DNA of 64,000 nt, from contig DAHVQG010000008.1 of NCBI GenBank assembly GCA_027317865.1, positions 1 to 64,000 on the forward strand, read 5' to 3'. The DNA comes from Bdellovibrionales bacterium. GTDB taxonomy: Bacteria > Bdellovibrionota > Bdellovibrionia > Bdellovibrionales > UBA1609. The notes below the pieces were generated by a model. The model was not told the origin of the DNA, did no database searches, and saw only the letters and a list, made by a program, of their open reading frames with translations. The position numbers were made by a program, and so were the translations under genes. Shown one piece after another: positions 39,718-50,249 of this stretch (positions are counted from its first letter, which is position 1; each line of letters starts with the position of its first letter).

Positions 39718-40788
39718 TTTGCCGCCATTATTGCGTTCGCGCATTAGTTTTTTAGATAACTCGCGCCAAGATTTACCCGCTCGCGCCGCCGGATTGAGTT
39801 GGTACATGCGAACGTATCGCTCTTGCTCCCTATATGTTTTTGAAAACACGTGAGTTCCATTGTTGCGGCTCACAAAATATAAATATTGCGTTCTTGCCGG
39901 ATTGACCGCAGCCCAAAGTGCCGCCTTGCCCGGATTGGCAATTGGGCCGGGCGGTAAAGCGGGAATTCGATAGGTGTTGTACGCCGTCTTTTCAGCGATA
40001 TCCGCTCTTGTTATGTCGAATGGTTGCCTTCCGGTTTTTAACCATAACCCATAAATAATCGTCGGATCTGATTGTAGGCGCATCCCAATTTTTAGTCGAT
40101 TATGAAATACAGATGAAATGATTGTCCGCTCTTTAGGGTCTCCGGTTTCTTTTTCAATCATGCTGGCAAGAATCACTTGATCGCGCTCACTCATTCTTGT
40201 GCTTTCATGCTGATCAATTTGCCTGATCGTTTGTTCAAAATGTGAATACATTTCGCGCACCAGAACCGATATCGGCGTATATTTTGTTATTAAATAAGTG
40301 TCAGGAAATAAGTAGCCTTCCATCGAGGGCCAGTTATGCCCTGTGATCCTGCGCACATTGGCGCGATTGGTTACAAATTGGAGAAATTCATCTCCACGTC
40401 GTGGCCATAGTTTGTTCAGTGCCTCTCGAATTTCAAAAATATTGTCACCCTCGGGCACGACAAGCGAATAGCGAATACTTTCGCCGGAAGTTATGACGTC
40501 AAGAACTTGGCGCGGGGTCATGTCCTTATACAGCTGGTATTGCCCAACTTTTATGCGCTTTGCATCTCCAGTAAATTTCGCATACCAGGTAAACTCTTTG
40601 GCGTTTTCAACAAGACCATCCTTGTTTAGTGAACTTGCCACGGCCGCCAACGGCTGACCCGGTAAGACTTCAAAAACAACTTGCGAATGGGCGTTTGAGC
40701 AGGGTTGTGACGCGAATTCATGTATTAACCAAAATAGTCCTATCACAACCAGTAGCGCGACAATTAGTATGGCAACGACTTTTTTCAC
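39703..40788 (-). CDS. mltG: Endolytic transglycosylase MltG
   Basis: TM anchor; EGYLFPDTY, LASMIEKET, LQSDPT, YNTY...LPPGPIANPG, YLYFV. Confidence 0.95.
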   Translation of the reverse strand: MKKVVAILIVALLVVIGLFWLIHEFASQPCSNAHSQVVFEVLPGQPLAAVASSLNKDGLVENAKEFTWYAKFTGDAKRIKVGQYQLYKDMTPRQVLDVITSGESIRYSLVVPEGDNIFEIREALNKLWPRRGDEFLQFVTNRANVRRITGHNWPSMEGYLFPDTYLITKYTPISVLVREMYSHFEQTIRQIDQHESTRMSERDQVILASMIEKETGDPKERTIISSVFHNRLKIGMRLQSDPTIIYGLWLKTGRQPFDITRADIAEKTAYNTYRIPALPPGPIANPGKAALWAAVNPARTQYLYFVSRNNGTHVFSKTYREQERYVRMYQLNPAARAGKSWRELSKKLMRERNNGGKSAAH

Positions 40789-40796
40789 CGCACGCC

Positions 40797-42332
40797 CTAC
40801 CCATTATTAAATTCAAACGGTAACCCCGGGGCAACTTTTTCAGGATTGAACGCGGTTGGGTCTTCGAGACTGCCCACCGGAATCGCACAATACTCAATCG
40901 CAAAATGTCCCGACGGTCGATCATTGCCAGATTTGCCCATGCCGCCAAAGGGCAAACGCGAACTTGATCCATTAGTTGTACGGTTGAAGTTAAGAAGTCC
41001 GACCTTAGCATCGATCAAGGCCCTTTCGTAGAGCGCGCGATCCTTTGAAAATAGCGCCATCACGAGCCCATAACCGGAGGAATTGACTATATCGAGTGCT
41101 TCATCGAATTCATCAACAGTATAGACGGCAACGTTAGGTCCGAAAATTTCGTTTTTTTGATAAACCGATTCGCGGTTAAACTGTTCTACCAAATGAACCG
41201 ACGGTGTCACGTAATAGCCGTCATAGCCAACATCTAGAGCTTTGCCTCGCATAAGGCTTTCTGCCCCCTCGCGTTTTGCAATTTCTTGAAAGCGCAAATA
41301 TTTTTCCACCGCTGCTTTACTGATCAGCGGGCCCATAAATGCATTGGACGACCAATGACCCACGGCGATTTTCTTTGCGTTTTTATGAAAATTTTCAAGA
41401 AATTCATCGCGAACACTGCGATGAAGAATGATTCGGCTTGTGCACGAGCAGCGCTGGCCCGTTGTCATGTAGGCGCCGACAAGAGTTTCATAAACGGCCT
41501 TTTTTAAATCGGCATCCCGCCAAACAACGGTTGAGTTCTTGCCGCCCATTTCCAGAGCTAAAATCTTCCAATAGTGCTCAAGGGTATCTTGTTTAATTTT
41601 TAATCCCACCTCATAAGAACCAGTAAATAGTATTCCGTCGACATCATCGTGTTGCACAAGCCTCCGGCCAACTTCAACCTGACCTTGAATCATATTAAAG
41701 ACGCCATTTGGCAACCCCGACTCTTGAATAATTTCAGCCATAAGTTGACCGACAGCGGGAGTCTTATCAGAAGGCTTAAACACGACGGTGTTGCCGGCGA
41801 CAAGAGCGGGAATAATGTGACCGTTTGGTAAATGGGCCGGAAAATTAAATGGGCCCACCACAGCCATCACTCCACGCGGCTTAAAACGAATAACACCTTC
41901 TACCCCAGGTAGAGCATTAGGAATGTGCTCTTCTGAAATAAGTTTAAGGGAATGTTCAAGGGTAATGTCGATCTTACTCGATAAAGCCGCGGCTTCAGTT
42001 TTGGCTTCCCACAAGGGTTTACCCACTTCGCGGGAAATCAGTTCCGCCATTTGACCCGCGCGGGCCTGAAACCTATTTTTGAGCTTCAATAAATGTTCTT
42101 TCCGCTCTTCAAGAGATGTGTGGGACCAAGTTCGATATGTCTTTTTTGCAACCTCACATGCCATTTGTACGTGCGCGTAGGAGCATTCCACATCTATTAC
42201 GTGATCTTTTAAATCGGCTGGCGAATCAATTGTCCAACTCCCGTCAGAGCGCTCAGGCTTTACAAATTCGCCGTTTATATAATCGCCCTTGTATTCAAAC
42301 GGTTTTGGATTTTCGCTTTTCATTTGATTCAC
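40797..42332 (-). CDS. astD: Succinylglutamate-semialdehyde dehydrogenase
   Basis: GPFNFPAHLPNGHIIPAL, FTGS, LALEMGGKN, GQRCSCT, PFGGMGKSGNDRPSG; adjacent to astA. Confidence 0.85.
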   Translation of the reverse strand: MNQMKSENPKPFEYKGDYINGEFVKPERSDGSWTIDSPADLKDHVIDVECSYAHVQMACEVAKKTYRTWSHTSLEERKEHLLKLKNRFQARAGQMAELISREVGKPLWEAKTEAAALSSKIDITLEHSLKLISEEHIPNALPGVEGVIRFKPRGVMAVVGPFNFPAHLPNGHIIPALVAGNTVVFKPSDKTPAVGQLMAEIIQESGLPNGVFNMIQGQVEVGRRLVQHDDVDGILFTGSYEVGLKIKQDTLEHYWKILALEMGGKNSTVVWRDADLKKAVYETLVGAYMTTGQRCSCTSRIILHRSVRDEFLENFHKNAKKIAVGHWSSNAFMGPLISKAAVEKYLRFQEIAKREGAESLMRGKALDVGYDGYYVTPSVHLVEQFNRESVYQKNEIFGPNVAVYTVDEFDEALDIVNSSGYGLVMALFSKDRALYERALIDAKVGLLNFNRTTNGSSSRLPFGGMGKSGNDRPSGHFAIEYCAIPVGSLEDPTAFNPEKVAPGLPFEFNNG

Positions 42333-42343
42333 CTCTTAATCTT

Positions 42344-43390
42344 TTACCTTTTCGCCATACGTGGTTTTTTGCCATCAATAAGCGGCGTCACATAAACAAG
42401 ATCATTTTCAGAAAGTTCCAGCAGCTGTTTTGTTTTTTCGGGCAAACTGACGCTGTCGCCGTCGATCAAATATGCGGTTGCCGCAGCCTGAAATTGGCCC
42501 TCGCGACAGACCGCAACGATCGCTTTCTGGTCAAACGCGCCTTGCGTCTGCTTCGACATTTTTAAAAGCCTTGCGTTTTTAATAAGTGTCACTTGTTTGG
42601 CTCTGACTTTCAAATGCGGACCGCCGTCAAACGGATCCACCTCGTTCATGTACGTAAACCCGATTGACTCCAAAAGATGGAGCGCCGCCTGGGTCTCTTG
42701 CGACACGCGCCCCAAAACCAATCGCGCTTTTGCGTCAAGTAAACATAAATAGATGTCTTCTTCGGGGAACAGACTTCGGATAAATTCCTTATTTTTTTGA
42801 CTCAAAATGTCCGCTTCTTGATAGGGCATGCCGGTAAAACGGCGGCCAAGCGCCTCCCAGAATTCGCTTCGCCCCTCTTCGGTGAGCGGCGGGGCCATTT
42901 GGGCGTAGAGATCCTCTTCGAATCTCTCCGGGAACATGCCGATATACATAAACCGAGAAAGGCTTGCAATCTTGCCGATTTTTTCTGGTCGGCTTCTATA
43001 GGAGCGATCCACAACCAATCCACCAATTTCGGTTGGGCCGTTTTCGTTTATCTTAAGTCGCAGGATTTGATGAATAAAACCTACTCCAAGATCGCGGCTG
43101 AACCGTTCTTTTTTAAGAATTTCAAAGCTGTATGTGGGCTCAACTGGCGTGCCGTGTTTTGCGACAATTTGGGAGCTACCGCATACGATTTGTTGATCGC
43201 GATCTTCGATAACAAATACATATTTCGCCTCGTCTTTGGCTAAATCACCGCGAAACGACGCCTCGCTCACCTCAACCTTATCTGCAATTGCGCGCTTGTC
43301 TGCAGGTAAGTTCAACAATGAAAATTGTTTCGCCAACGAATAAAGTCCGGGGACATCATCGCTTGTTGCGTTACGAACCACAAAACTCAT
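42344..43390 (-). CDS. astA: Arginine N-succinyltransferase
   Basis: LNLP, TEIGGL, SRFMYI, SEFWEALGRRF, VDPFDGGP motifs. Confidence 0.9.
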   Translation of the reverse strand: MSFVVRNATSDDVPGLYSLAKQFSLLNLPADKRAIADKVEVSEASFRGDLAKDEAKYVFVIEDRDQQIVCGSSQIVAKHGTPVEPTYSFEILKKERFSRDLGVGFIHQILRLKINENGPTEIGGLVVDRSYRSRPEKIGKIASLSRFMYIGMFPERFEEDLYAQMAPPLTEEGRSEFWEALGRRFTGMPYQEADILSQKNKEFIRSLFPEEDIYLCLLDAKARLVLGRVSQETQAALHLLESIGFTYMNEVDPFDGGPHLKVRAKQVTLIKNARLLKMSKQTQGAFDQKAIVAVCREGQFQAAATAYLIDGDSVSLPEKTKQLLELSENDLVYVTPLIDGKKPRMAKR

Positions 43391-44751
43391 TTCAACACCT
43401 CTTGTGTTAGTAGAACTTCCCGGTAAAAATCAATGGCAGAATTGAGTTCACTGATCTTGACGTGCTCAAGTGAAATTGGGTCATTCCCCAATTCAACTCC
43501 GGGCCCAAAAATAACCGTCTCCACACCTAACCGCTGAAAAACGTTCGCTTCGGTACACTGGCGCGCTGTTATTTCACCCGAGTCAAAACCCATTTTCGAC
43601 GATACTCTTTTTAAGAGGTTAAAGAAAGGTGCGTCGCCGTTTGAGATAAATGGCGGCTTATAGTCGAGAATATGAAATTGCGCCCCCGCTGCGGCGCAAT
43701 CGACGCGCATTCTCTCCAGCCATTTGTCATAAATTTCTCGGTGCGCCGTTGGCACAAGACGGCAGATCCCGCTAATAACCACCTGTTCCGGTAGCATTCG
43801 AATCTGGCCCACATTTATTGTTGAATGCGCCGGCAAAAACTCTTTGGCTTCTACGCTCTTTAATTCAACCGCCAATTTCTTAATCAACTCACAAACCGAA
43901 ATGAGCTTACTGATGACGCCGTCCTGAAGGTGATCGACAATCTGAACTTCAAGTTCAACGAAATCCGGTTGCAATTCGGCGCTTGTCCCACCATCGACGG
44001 ATAATATAGCTATTCCACTAGGCAAATTTTTTAAATAATCCATCATGCGCAATATGGGATTGGATAACAGCCCTAAGTCGACGGCTTGCTGTTTTTGCAC
44101 GCGCGAGAAAATCTTGCTCTGTGATGTGGCGCCCTCAGAACCACTTTGCTGTTCAATATATCTGCGCTCATCGTCAGAAAGCGCAATTGTGATCTCAACC
44201 TTTGCAAACCCCGGCGCCCGGCGCGACATCTTAAGTCCGGTTGGCGCGCCGACAAGCGCACCCTGTGGTTTAATTCGCTTTTGTCGAATAAGGCGAATGG
44301 CACCCGTGCCGCTTTCGCGGCCGAACGTACCAACCAATGAAGCGGTCGGTTGTGCGTGAAGGCTAGATTCCCGAAACGCAAGTAGTTTACATAAAAAATC
44401 AAGCTTGCTATCGGCTGTACCTAACCCGAAGAGCGAGTCTCCATTTATGCTCGCATTAAATGGATTTGCCCCGGTCTTTGTCCATACGGCGTATTCACCT
44501 GGATCACTTGTATCAAGCCTCGTGGTTAAAATATAGGGCGACTCGCTCGGCTCAAAGTTTTTAGCACAAATGAGCAAATTCGCGTTTGCAATTCCATTCC
44601 ATGTCTCTTCAATAATTTCGCAGTTGAGATTCCACAACCGCGCAAGGTCTGACACCCATTTCGCAGCCGTAAGCGTTCCGTGACTGGTCGTTGTATCAAT
44701 CGAAATAAACTGGCGGGCGAGATCGACTAAGTTAGGCGCAGCTTTTTGCAT
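43387..44751 (-). CDS. M20/ArgE-family protein with apparently lost metal ligands
   Basis: M20 fold motifs TRLDT, FGLGTADSK, GRESG, GAPT, TEA, IFGPG, EHV. Confidence 0.75.
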   Translation of the reverse strand: MQKAAPNLVDLARQFISIDTTTSHGTLTAAKWVSDLARLWNLNCEIIEETWNGIANANLLICAKNFEPSESPYILTTRLDTSDPGEYAVWTKTGANPFNASINGDSLFGLGTADSKLDFLCKLLAFRESSLHAQPTASLVGTFGRESGTGAIRLIRQKRIKPQGALVGAPTGLKMSRRAPGFAKVEITIALSDDERRYIEQQSGSEGATSQSKIFSRVQKQQAVDLGLLSNPILRMMDYLKNLPSGIAILSVDGGTSAELQPDFVELEVQIVDHLQDGVISKLISVCELIKKLAVELKSVEAKEFLPAHSTINVGQIRMLPEQVVISGICRLVPTAHREIYDKWLERMRVDCAAAGAQFHILDYKPPFISNGDAPFFNLLKRVSSKMGFDSGEITARQCTEANVFQRLGVETVIFGPGVELGNDPISLEHVKISELNSAIDFYREVLLTQEVLK

Positions 44752-44780
44752 AAGCGCTCAAGAGCTTAAGGCCAAAACGC

Positions 44781-46160
44781 TTAAGCCATCTCCAAAACCG
44801 ATTTTTCAATAATTTCGCCGGCAACACGAATGTCTTCACTTGTCGTAATAGCTGGAATTAAAAATCGCACACGATAGGGGTTGTGACCACAAGTAAAGCA
44901 GATCAGTCCATTTTTAAACAAAATTTGTGTGAATTTACCTACTTTTTCTTTAGTGCCGTCAAAAGGCGTGACGGCAACCATTAACCCCATCCCCTCGGCG
45001 TCTTCTAGCCGGCCCTTGCAGGTCGTTTCATTGAGCCGCTTAAGCATCCCGACGAATTCGCCGTGGATTTGATTGATTTTGCCGTTTTGCCCCATATAGT
45101 TTTCTTTGTCGAGAATTTCCATTATTTGAAGCCCCGCCGCCAGCGCCGAAGACGAACCCGAAAACGTGCCCGATACAAGCCCCGGTTTTGGATTCATTTC
45201 TTGAGTAAAAAATGTTGCCCCCGTTTGCGCGGTTTTAGCAACCGTGCACACGTCGACGTAATCACCGAGCCCGAGCGTTTCAAACGCAAAGAAATTTCCC
45301 GTTCTTGTAAACGTCTGCACCTCATCCAACCAAACCGGGATCTTTTTTTCGCGGCAAAATTCGAGCATCGGCAAAAAGAATTCTCGTGGAGCGACGTTAT
45401 AGCCGCCCTCGCCCTGCATCGGTTCAAATGTAAAACAACAAATATTGTTTTCGTGTTTGGCGACATGTTCTTTGAAAATTTGCACCGAATTTTCTATGCT
45501 TCGGGGATTTTTTTTATCAAACCAGGGGACGCGCAATACCTCGTGATATTCCGGTAAACCCTCCCGAAAGCCCGGATTGTCGGTTACCTCGGCCATCATT
45601 GTCGATCGCCCCGCAAATGCCGCGTTCATCGCCACGATCATCCGAGCCGGTGTTGTTTTTTGCCGGCACGCCTTGAGTGCGTTTTCATTGGCCATTGCTC
45701 CACAAGTGGAGAGCCAAACATGCTTAAGGCGGCTGCGACGGCTCGCAAGCTCTAAAAGTTTTTTGCTAAATTCATAATATTCACGATTGGGCTGAAGATT
45801 GCCCTGTACAACGATATCGCTCAGCGCGCCGCGAACCGCGGCCGCCATTACGCGCGGATGACTGTGACCCAACACATGAATGCCGATGCCGTTGATGAGA
45901 TCTAGTTTGACGCTCCCGTCTTCGAGTTCTACATACACGCCGCGGCCAACTCCGGAGCCCACGTAAGGATAATATAGTCCGCGCCCCCTAACGGTACCGA
46001 TTTGATCAATTAGCCCTTTCATTAGATCGACGCGCTCGGGATCAGCCGGGCGCACCCCTTCAATTTGCGCCGACGCCGCGCCGACTTCTTTAACAGCATC
46101 CTGGATAAGAGTCTGGATCTTGGCTGATTGCCTGACCATCTCGCCTTTTGTTGTTGCCAT
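44781..46160 (-). CDS. Class III PLP aminotransferase (AstC/ArgD-like)
   Basis: CGAMANENALK, AFAGRS, EPMQGEGG, DEVQT, AK (PLP Lys), SGTFSG; first gene of the ast cluster. Confidence 0.85.
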   Translation of the reverse strand: MATTKGEMVRQSAKIQTLIQDAVKEVGAASAQIEGVRPADPERVDLMKGLIDQIGTVRGRGLYYPYVGSGVGRGVYVELEDGSVKLDLINGIGIHVLGHSHPRVMAAAVRGALSDIVVQGNLQPNREYYEFSKKLLELASRRSRLKHVWLSTCGAMANENALKACRQKTTPARMIVAMNAAFAGRSTMMAEVTDNPGFREGLPEYHEVLRVPWFDKKNPRSIENSVQIFKEHVAKHENNICCFTFEPMQGEGGYNVAPREFFLPMLEFCREKKIPVWLDEVQTFTRTGNFFAFETLGLGDYVDVCTVAKTAQTGATFFTQEMNPKPGLVSGTFSGSSSALAAGLQIMEILDKENYMGQNGKINQIHGEFVGMLKRLNETTCKGRLEDAEGMGLMVAVTPFDGTKEKVGKFTQILFKNGLICFTCGHNPYRVRFLIPAITTSEDIRVAGEIIEKSVLEMA

Positions 46161-46257
46161 GGCACTCCTTAAAGTCTTGAAAGATCAAAAAATGTTACTC
46201 CTCGCTATGGACGAAAACAAGGTTGTTTATTCAAGCGACAAAGCTTAGGATTTCGAA

Positions 46258-47148
46258 TTGATGCGCGCGATATTGATCATCTTGCTATGCCCGATTTTTC
46301 TATTATTTCCGTCTTTCGGTAGTGCGAAGTTGACGCGTTCTTTGCCCACAAAGTCCGTAGCGCCTACCCCCGCAGCAACTGTGGCGCCAAGCCCTGTGAC
46401 GGCCGCACAAGCGGCGCCGAAAAGCAGTGCGCCACCCTCATATGGGGCGGCCATTCGCGATTATCAAGAAAACCATTTCAATCAAGCGTTTGGCGAATTC
46501 CAAAATTATTTCAACGCCGGACACGACTTTTCCGCGCTTGATTACAATTGGGGGCTCGTCGCATACAAGTTAAAAAAATTGGGGCTCGCCGTTGGACTAT
46601 TGCGACGCGCTTTATTTTTAAATCCCGATCTCCTCCAGGCCAGAAAGGCTCTTTCATTTGTTTCTGCGGAATTACCGCAAAGCTGGAATGAAAACCCGTC
46701 AACCTGGAGCGAAATCCGCCAAAACATTTTAGACAAGTTCACTTTTAATCAGGTTGCCGCTCTCGGCTGGTTGCTATTTTGTCTCAGCGGTTTTCTCGGC
46801 ATTCGTTATTTATCAAAACGCCGAAAATCCATTCGCGCCGATCAGACGCCCCCGCCTTTTCCGGTCGTTACCACAATTTCAACTGTATTATTTTTAATTA
46901 TCTTCGCTCTGGGCATCGCTAAAGCCGTGGCGATAAATGAAATACGCGCAACTGTCATTTCGCAAACCTCTTTGCGAACCGGACCGAGCAAACAGGATAA
47001 TCCGATTTTTGATTTACTCGAGGGTTTTGATGTCTCTGTAAAGGTTGTACAAAACGGTTGGGTACAGGTTTCTCTTGAGTCCGGCCAGGTCGGCTGGATT
47101 CCCGCCAGTGCTCTATTTCAATATACAGGCCACCATCTTTTATGGTGA
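46258..47148 (+). CDS. BatE-like TPR/TM/SH3b protein
   Basis: Signal peptide; TPR YNWGLVAY; two TMs; LRTGPS...WVQV...GWIP SH3b. Confidence 0.8.
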   Translation: MMRAILIILLCPIFLLFPSFGSAKLTRSLPTKSVAPTPAATVAPSPVTAAQAAPKSSAPPSYGAAIRDYQENHFNQAFGEFQNYFNAGHDFSALDYNWGLVAYKLKKLGLAVGLLRRALFLNPDLLQARKALSFVSAELPQSWNENPSTWSEIRQNILDKFTFNQVAALGWLLFCLSGFLGIRYLSKRRKSIRADQTPPPFPVVTTISTVLFLIIFALGIAKAVAINEIRATVISQTSLRTGPSKQDNPIFDLLEGFDVSVKVVQNGWVQVSLESGQVGWIPASALFQYTGHHLLW

Positions 47149-47699
47149 ATTTTATTTGGGAAAATATTTTTCGCCGCGCTGAGAAGGGTCAGGATATTGA
47201 TCAGGCCATCGCCGACAACTATTTATTTAAAGGGCTTAATAAGAGCGAGCGTGCCTTCGTTAGAACTCTTCTTCACGAGCGACAATACCGTGCCGGCGAA
47301 GCGGTGTTTCGTCAGGGCGAGCTTGGCATCGGCATGTACATGATCGTGCACGGAAGCATTAACATAACTGTTGAAGACGCCTCCGCAGTTGATGAGGCAT
47401 CAAAAGCTACGTTTATCACGCGCTTATCGGACGGCGATTTTTTTGGCGAAATTGCGCTTGTCGAACAAGCCGGCCGCCGAACAGCCACCGCAACTGCCGC
47501 AAGCGAATCGGCGTTGCTCGGATTTTTTAAACCAGATTTAGCAGAAGTCGTCGAACGGAATCCTCGACTGGCGGTGAAAATATTGACCCATTTGGCGGAG
47601 GTCCTTGGTCGACGACTGAAAGAAACGACGGATCGTTTTACCGAAGTCAAACGCAACCTAAGAGAGCTTTCAAAAAGCGAGAAAAATGGGAAGTCTTAA
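47142..47699 (+). CDS. Cyclic nucleotide-binding domain protein
   Basis: VFRQGELGIGMYMI, GDFFGEIAL, RTATATA. Confidence 0.9.
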   Translation: MVNFIWENIFRRAEKGQDIDQAIADNYLFKGLNKSERAFVRTLLHERQYRAGEAVFRQGELGIGMYMIVHGSINITVEDASAVDEASKATFITRLSDGDFFGEIALVEQAGRRTATATAASESALLGFFKPDLAEVVERNPRLAVKILTHLAEVLGRRLKETTDRFTEVKRNLRELSKSEKNGKS

Positions 47700-48756
47700 G
47701 CCTCAGTGGCGGCGCAAAAATCGCATTCAGTTCGTTGCTTTTGGCTGCGCATTAGCGCTGGCAATAATTGCAATTTTTATTTTTAAAAATTTGCTTTTAT
47801 CTTTTGTCGTATCGGTCGTTGCCGCGTATCTGCTTTCGCCCGTCGTTTCCTATCTCGAAGGCCGCGGCATTAACCGTTTGGCGGCCGTGCTAGCCGTTTA
47901 TTTTGTTTTAACTATTGCGCTTGTTATTTCAATAACTGCACTATTCCCGCTTCTTGCGAATCAATTTTATTCTCTGCGGGCAAGCTTGCCACACTATTTG
48001 AACGGATTGACGAAGCTTTTTGATTCCTTTTCAACAACCCTCAATGCGGGATCTGGCGGAACAATTCATGTCGACATCGGAAACCGCGCGCGCGATTGGT
48101 TAACGAATTCTTCGACTCAGCTAGCCGGCAGTTTACCCGGTTATCTTTCTGACTCCATTACCGTGTTACTCTTAGCTCCTCTTTTGTCGTTTTTTTTACT
48201 CAAAGACGGGCAGTCAATTTCACGTAAAGCTCTTCATATTGTTCCGAATAGCATTTTCGAACTCACTCTCAGCCTGCAAAGCCAAATTACGGCCCAAATC
48301 GGACAATTTATTCGCGCGCGTTTACTTGAGTCTGCAATTGTCGGGCTTGTCGTTTTAATAGGGCTTTGGATTGTTGGCTTTCCGTTTCCAATCGTACTTG
48401 CGTTATTTGCAGGCGTAGCAAATGTGATCCCCTATTTGGGGCCGCTCGCGGGCGCTATACCTGGATGTCTTATTGCATTTGTAAATGCGGGGTTGGGTGC
48501 AAAACTCTTTTTTGTTGTTCTCGTTTATGTTGCCGCGCAATTGATCGATATATTTTTTATTATCCCTTTGGTTGTGGCCCGCGTTGTGGATCTACATCCC
48601 ATAACCGTCATTTTAGCAGTAATTCTGGGGTCAAAAGCGCTTGGTATTTTAGGGATGCTCATTTCAATTCCTGTTGCGGCGGCCATCAAGGTAATTGTGG
48701 TGAGCATTTATCGACATTTGACCGATGATGTGACTGGACCTACACTAGCGCCATGA
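47686..48756 (+). CDS. AI-2E family transporter
   Basis: AYLLSPVV, FFLLKDG, IPYLGP, LHP...GILGMLISIPVAA. Confidence 0.9.
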   Translation: MGSLKPQWRRKNRIQFVAFGCALALAIIAIFIFKNLLLSFVVSVVAAYLLSPVVSYLEGRGINRLAAVLAVYFVLTIALVISITALFPLLANQFYSLRASLPHYLNGLTKLFDSFSTTLNAGSGGTIHVDIGNRARDWLTNSSTQLAGSLPGYLSDSITVLLLAPLLSFFLLKDGQSISRKALHIVPNSIFELTLSLQSQITAQIGQFIRARLLESAIVGLVVLIGLWIVGFPFPIVLALFAGVANVIPYLGPLAGAIPGCLIAFVNAGLGAKLFFVVLVYVAAQLIDIFFIIPLVVARVVDLHPITVILAVILGSKALGILGMLISIPVAAAIKVIVVSIYRHLTDDVTGPTLAP

Positions 48757-49502
48757 AGCGTGTATTGGCCGGTTTTGGCCTCTTTTTATTGTTAGGCATA
48801 ATGGCTGGTTGCGCCTCTGGTCCGCCGATTAATACGCACACGGCCTCTGGTGCGTTTGCATTGGCACAGCGCTATGAAAAAGACGGGCGCTATAATGAGG
48901 CCATAAGCAAATATTCAGACGTTAAAAACAAGTTCCCCTACAGCCGTTTTGCGGTTGAGGCTGCCCTGAAAATTGCAGATCTTCAATTTAAAGAAGAAGA
49001 TTATGTAAGTGCCGAAAGTTCATATCGGCTCTTTAAAGAATTCCATCCTAATTATTCAAAAATTGATTACGTCACATTTCGAATCGGGCTTAGCGTTTTT
49101 AAGCAACTTCCCCCGACCATAGATCGTGATTTGTCTTTAGCCGATACCGCAATTAAGAGCTTCAACGATGTAGTCGTCGATTATCCAACGAGCAAATATG
49201 CGGGACCGGCTAAAAAGTATATTGAAAAATGCAGAAAAATGCTGGCAGAAAAAGATAAATACATCGCAGACTACTATTATGGGCAGGGCATTTGGATAAG
49301 CGCTCTTGGCCGTTACCGCGATCTATTGCGCCATTATCCTCATCAGGGTTTTGGCGCACAGGCGCTCTATGGGGCAACCATGTCCGCCTATCATATGAAG
49401 GATTTGGGTCGCGCGAAAATGTATTTTAAACGTTTACTTGAGGAGTATCCAAAATCATCTGAGATCGCAAAAGCGCGAAAGGAAATTTCCAATGGATTTT
49501 GA
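48753..49502 (+). CDS. bamD: Outer membrane protein assembly factor BamD
   Basis: Lipobox MAGC; TPRs; FPYSRFA, DRDLS, YPTSKYA. Confidence 0.88.
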   Translation: MKRVLAGFGLFLLLGIMAGCASGPPINTHTASGAFALAQRYEKDGRYNEAISKYSDVKNKFPYSRFAVEAALKIADLQFKEEDYVSAESSYRLFKEFHPNYSKIDYVTFRIGLSVFKQLPPTIDRDLSLADTAIKSFNDVVVDYPTSKYAGPAKKYIEKCRKMLAEKDKYIADYYYGQGIWISALGRYRDLLRHYPHQGFGAQALYGATMSAYHMKDLGRAKMYFKRLLEEYPKSSEIAKARKEISNGF

Positions 49503-50235
49503 TGCTGAACAAGAAATGTTTTCCGCAGCCGAAGAGCACTTTAAAGCCGATCATTACACAGAGGCCGAATCCCTTCTCAATCAGCTTGTGCTTAAAAACT
49601 CGAAGCGCCCCGAAGTGTTTCATATGCTCGGCACGATTTACTATGATCACGGCAAGTTTAATAAAGCCATCCGATCTTTTCGCCGAGCCCTTGAAATCAA
49701 TCCTGGATATACGGACTCTTCAGTGGGGTTGAGTGTTATTTTAAATGATCTTGGCCGCTACGAAGAAGGTCAAAAAGTTTTTGACGAGGCCCGCGCAATG
49801 CTTAGCGTGAAGTCGCCAAACGTCGACCACCATCTAAACGAACGATTTTCGGTAAAACACGACGAACTTGGTGAACTTTATTTGCGTCACGGCCGTTACG
49901 AAGAGGCGTTGAGCGAATTTCAGAAGGCTTTGGCTTTGACAAAAATCCGCCAGCCTGAAATTACCGTATCAATTGCGGAGTGTTATATTCACCTTAACAA
50001 CTTCCCGCTGGCGATTCGGGAGTTGCGGCTGGTCGTGCGCGAGTATCCGCAATTTGTTCCCGGCCGGCTTAAACTCGGCAAATGTTACTACGATTCGCAA
50101 CAAGTTCCAGAAGCTATCGAACAATGGGAAGCGGCGCTTCGGTTTGAGCCGACAAACACGGCGGCAAAGGATTATTTGCGTTTGGCTCAAACAATTCAGG
50201 TGACATCACTTAATTCTCCTGAGCTTGGAATTTAA
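49492..50235 (+). CDS. Tetratricopeptide repeat protein
   Basis: Multiple TPRs (LGTIYYDHGKFNKAI...ALEINPGY); likely ATG at 49492. Confidence 0.85.
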   Translation: MDFDAEQEMFSAAEEHFKADHYTEAESLLNQLVLKNSKRPEVFHMLGTIYYDHGKFNKAIRSFRRALEINPGYTDSSVGLSVILNDLGRYEEGQKVFDEARAMLSVKSPNVDHHLNERFSVKHDELGELYLRHGRYEEALSEFQKALALTKIRQPEITVSIAECYIHLNNFPLAIRELRLVVREYPQFVPGRLKLGKCYYDSQQVPEAIEQWEAALRFEPTNTAAKDYLRLAQTIQVTSLNSPELGI

Positions 50236-50249
50236 AAATAGGGGTTTTT

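Noticed and set aside
42116-43243. Plus-strand ORFs of about 149 aa opposite astD/astA
   Set aside because: Antisense shadows of well-supported genes
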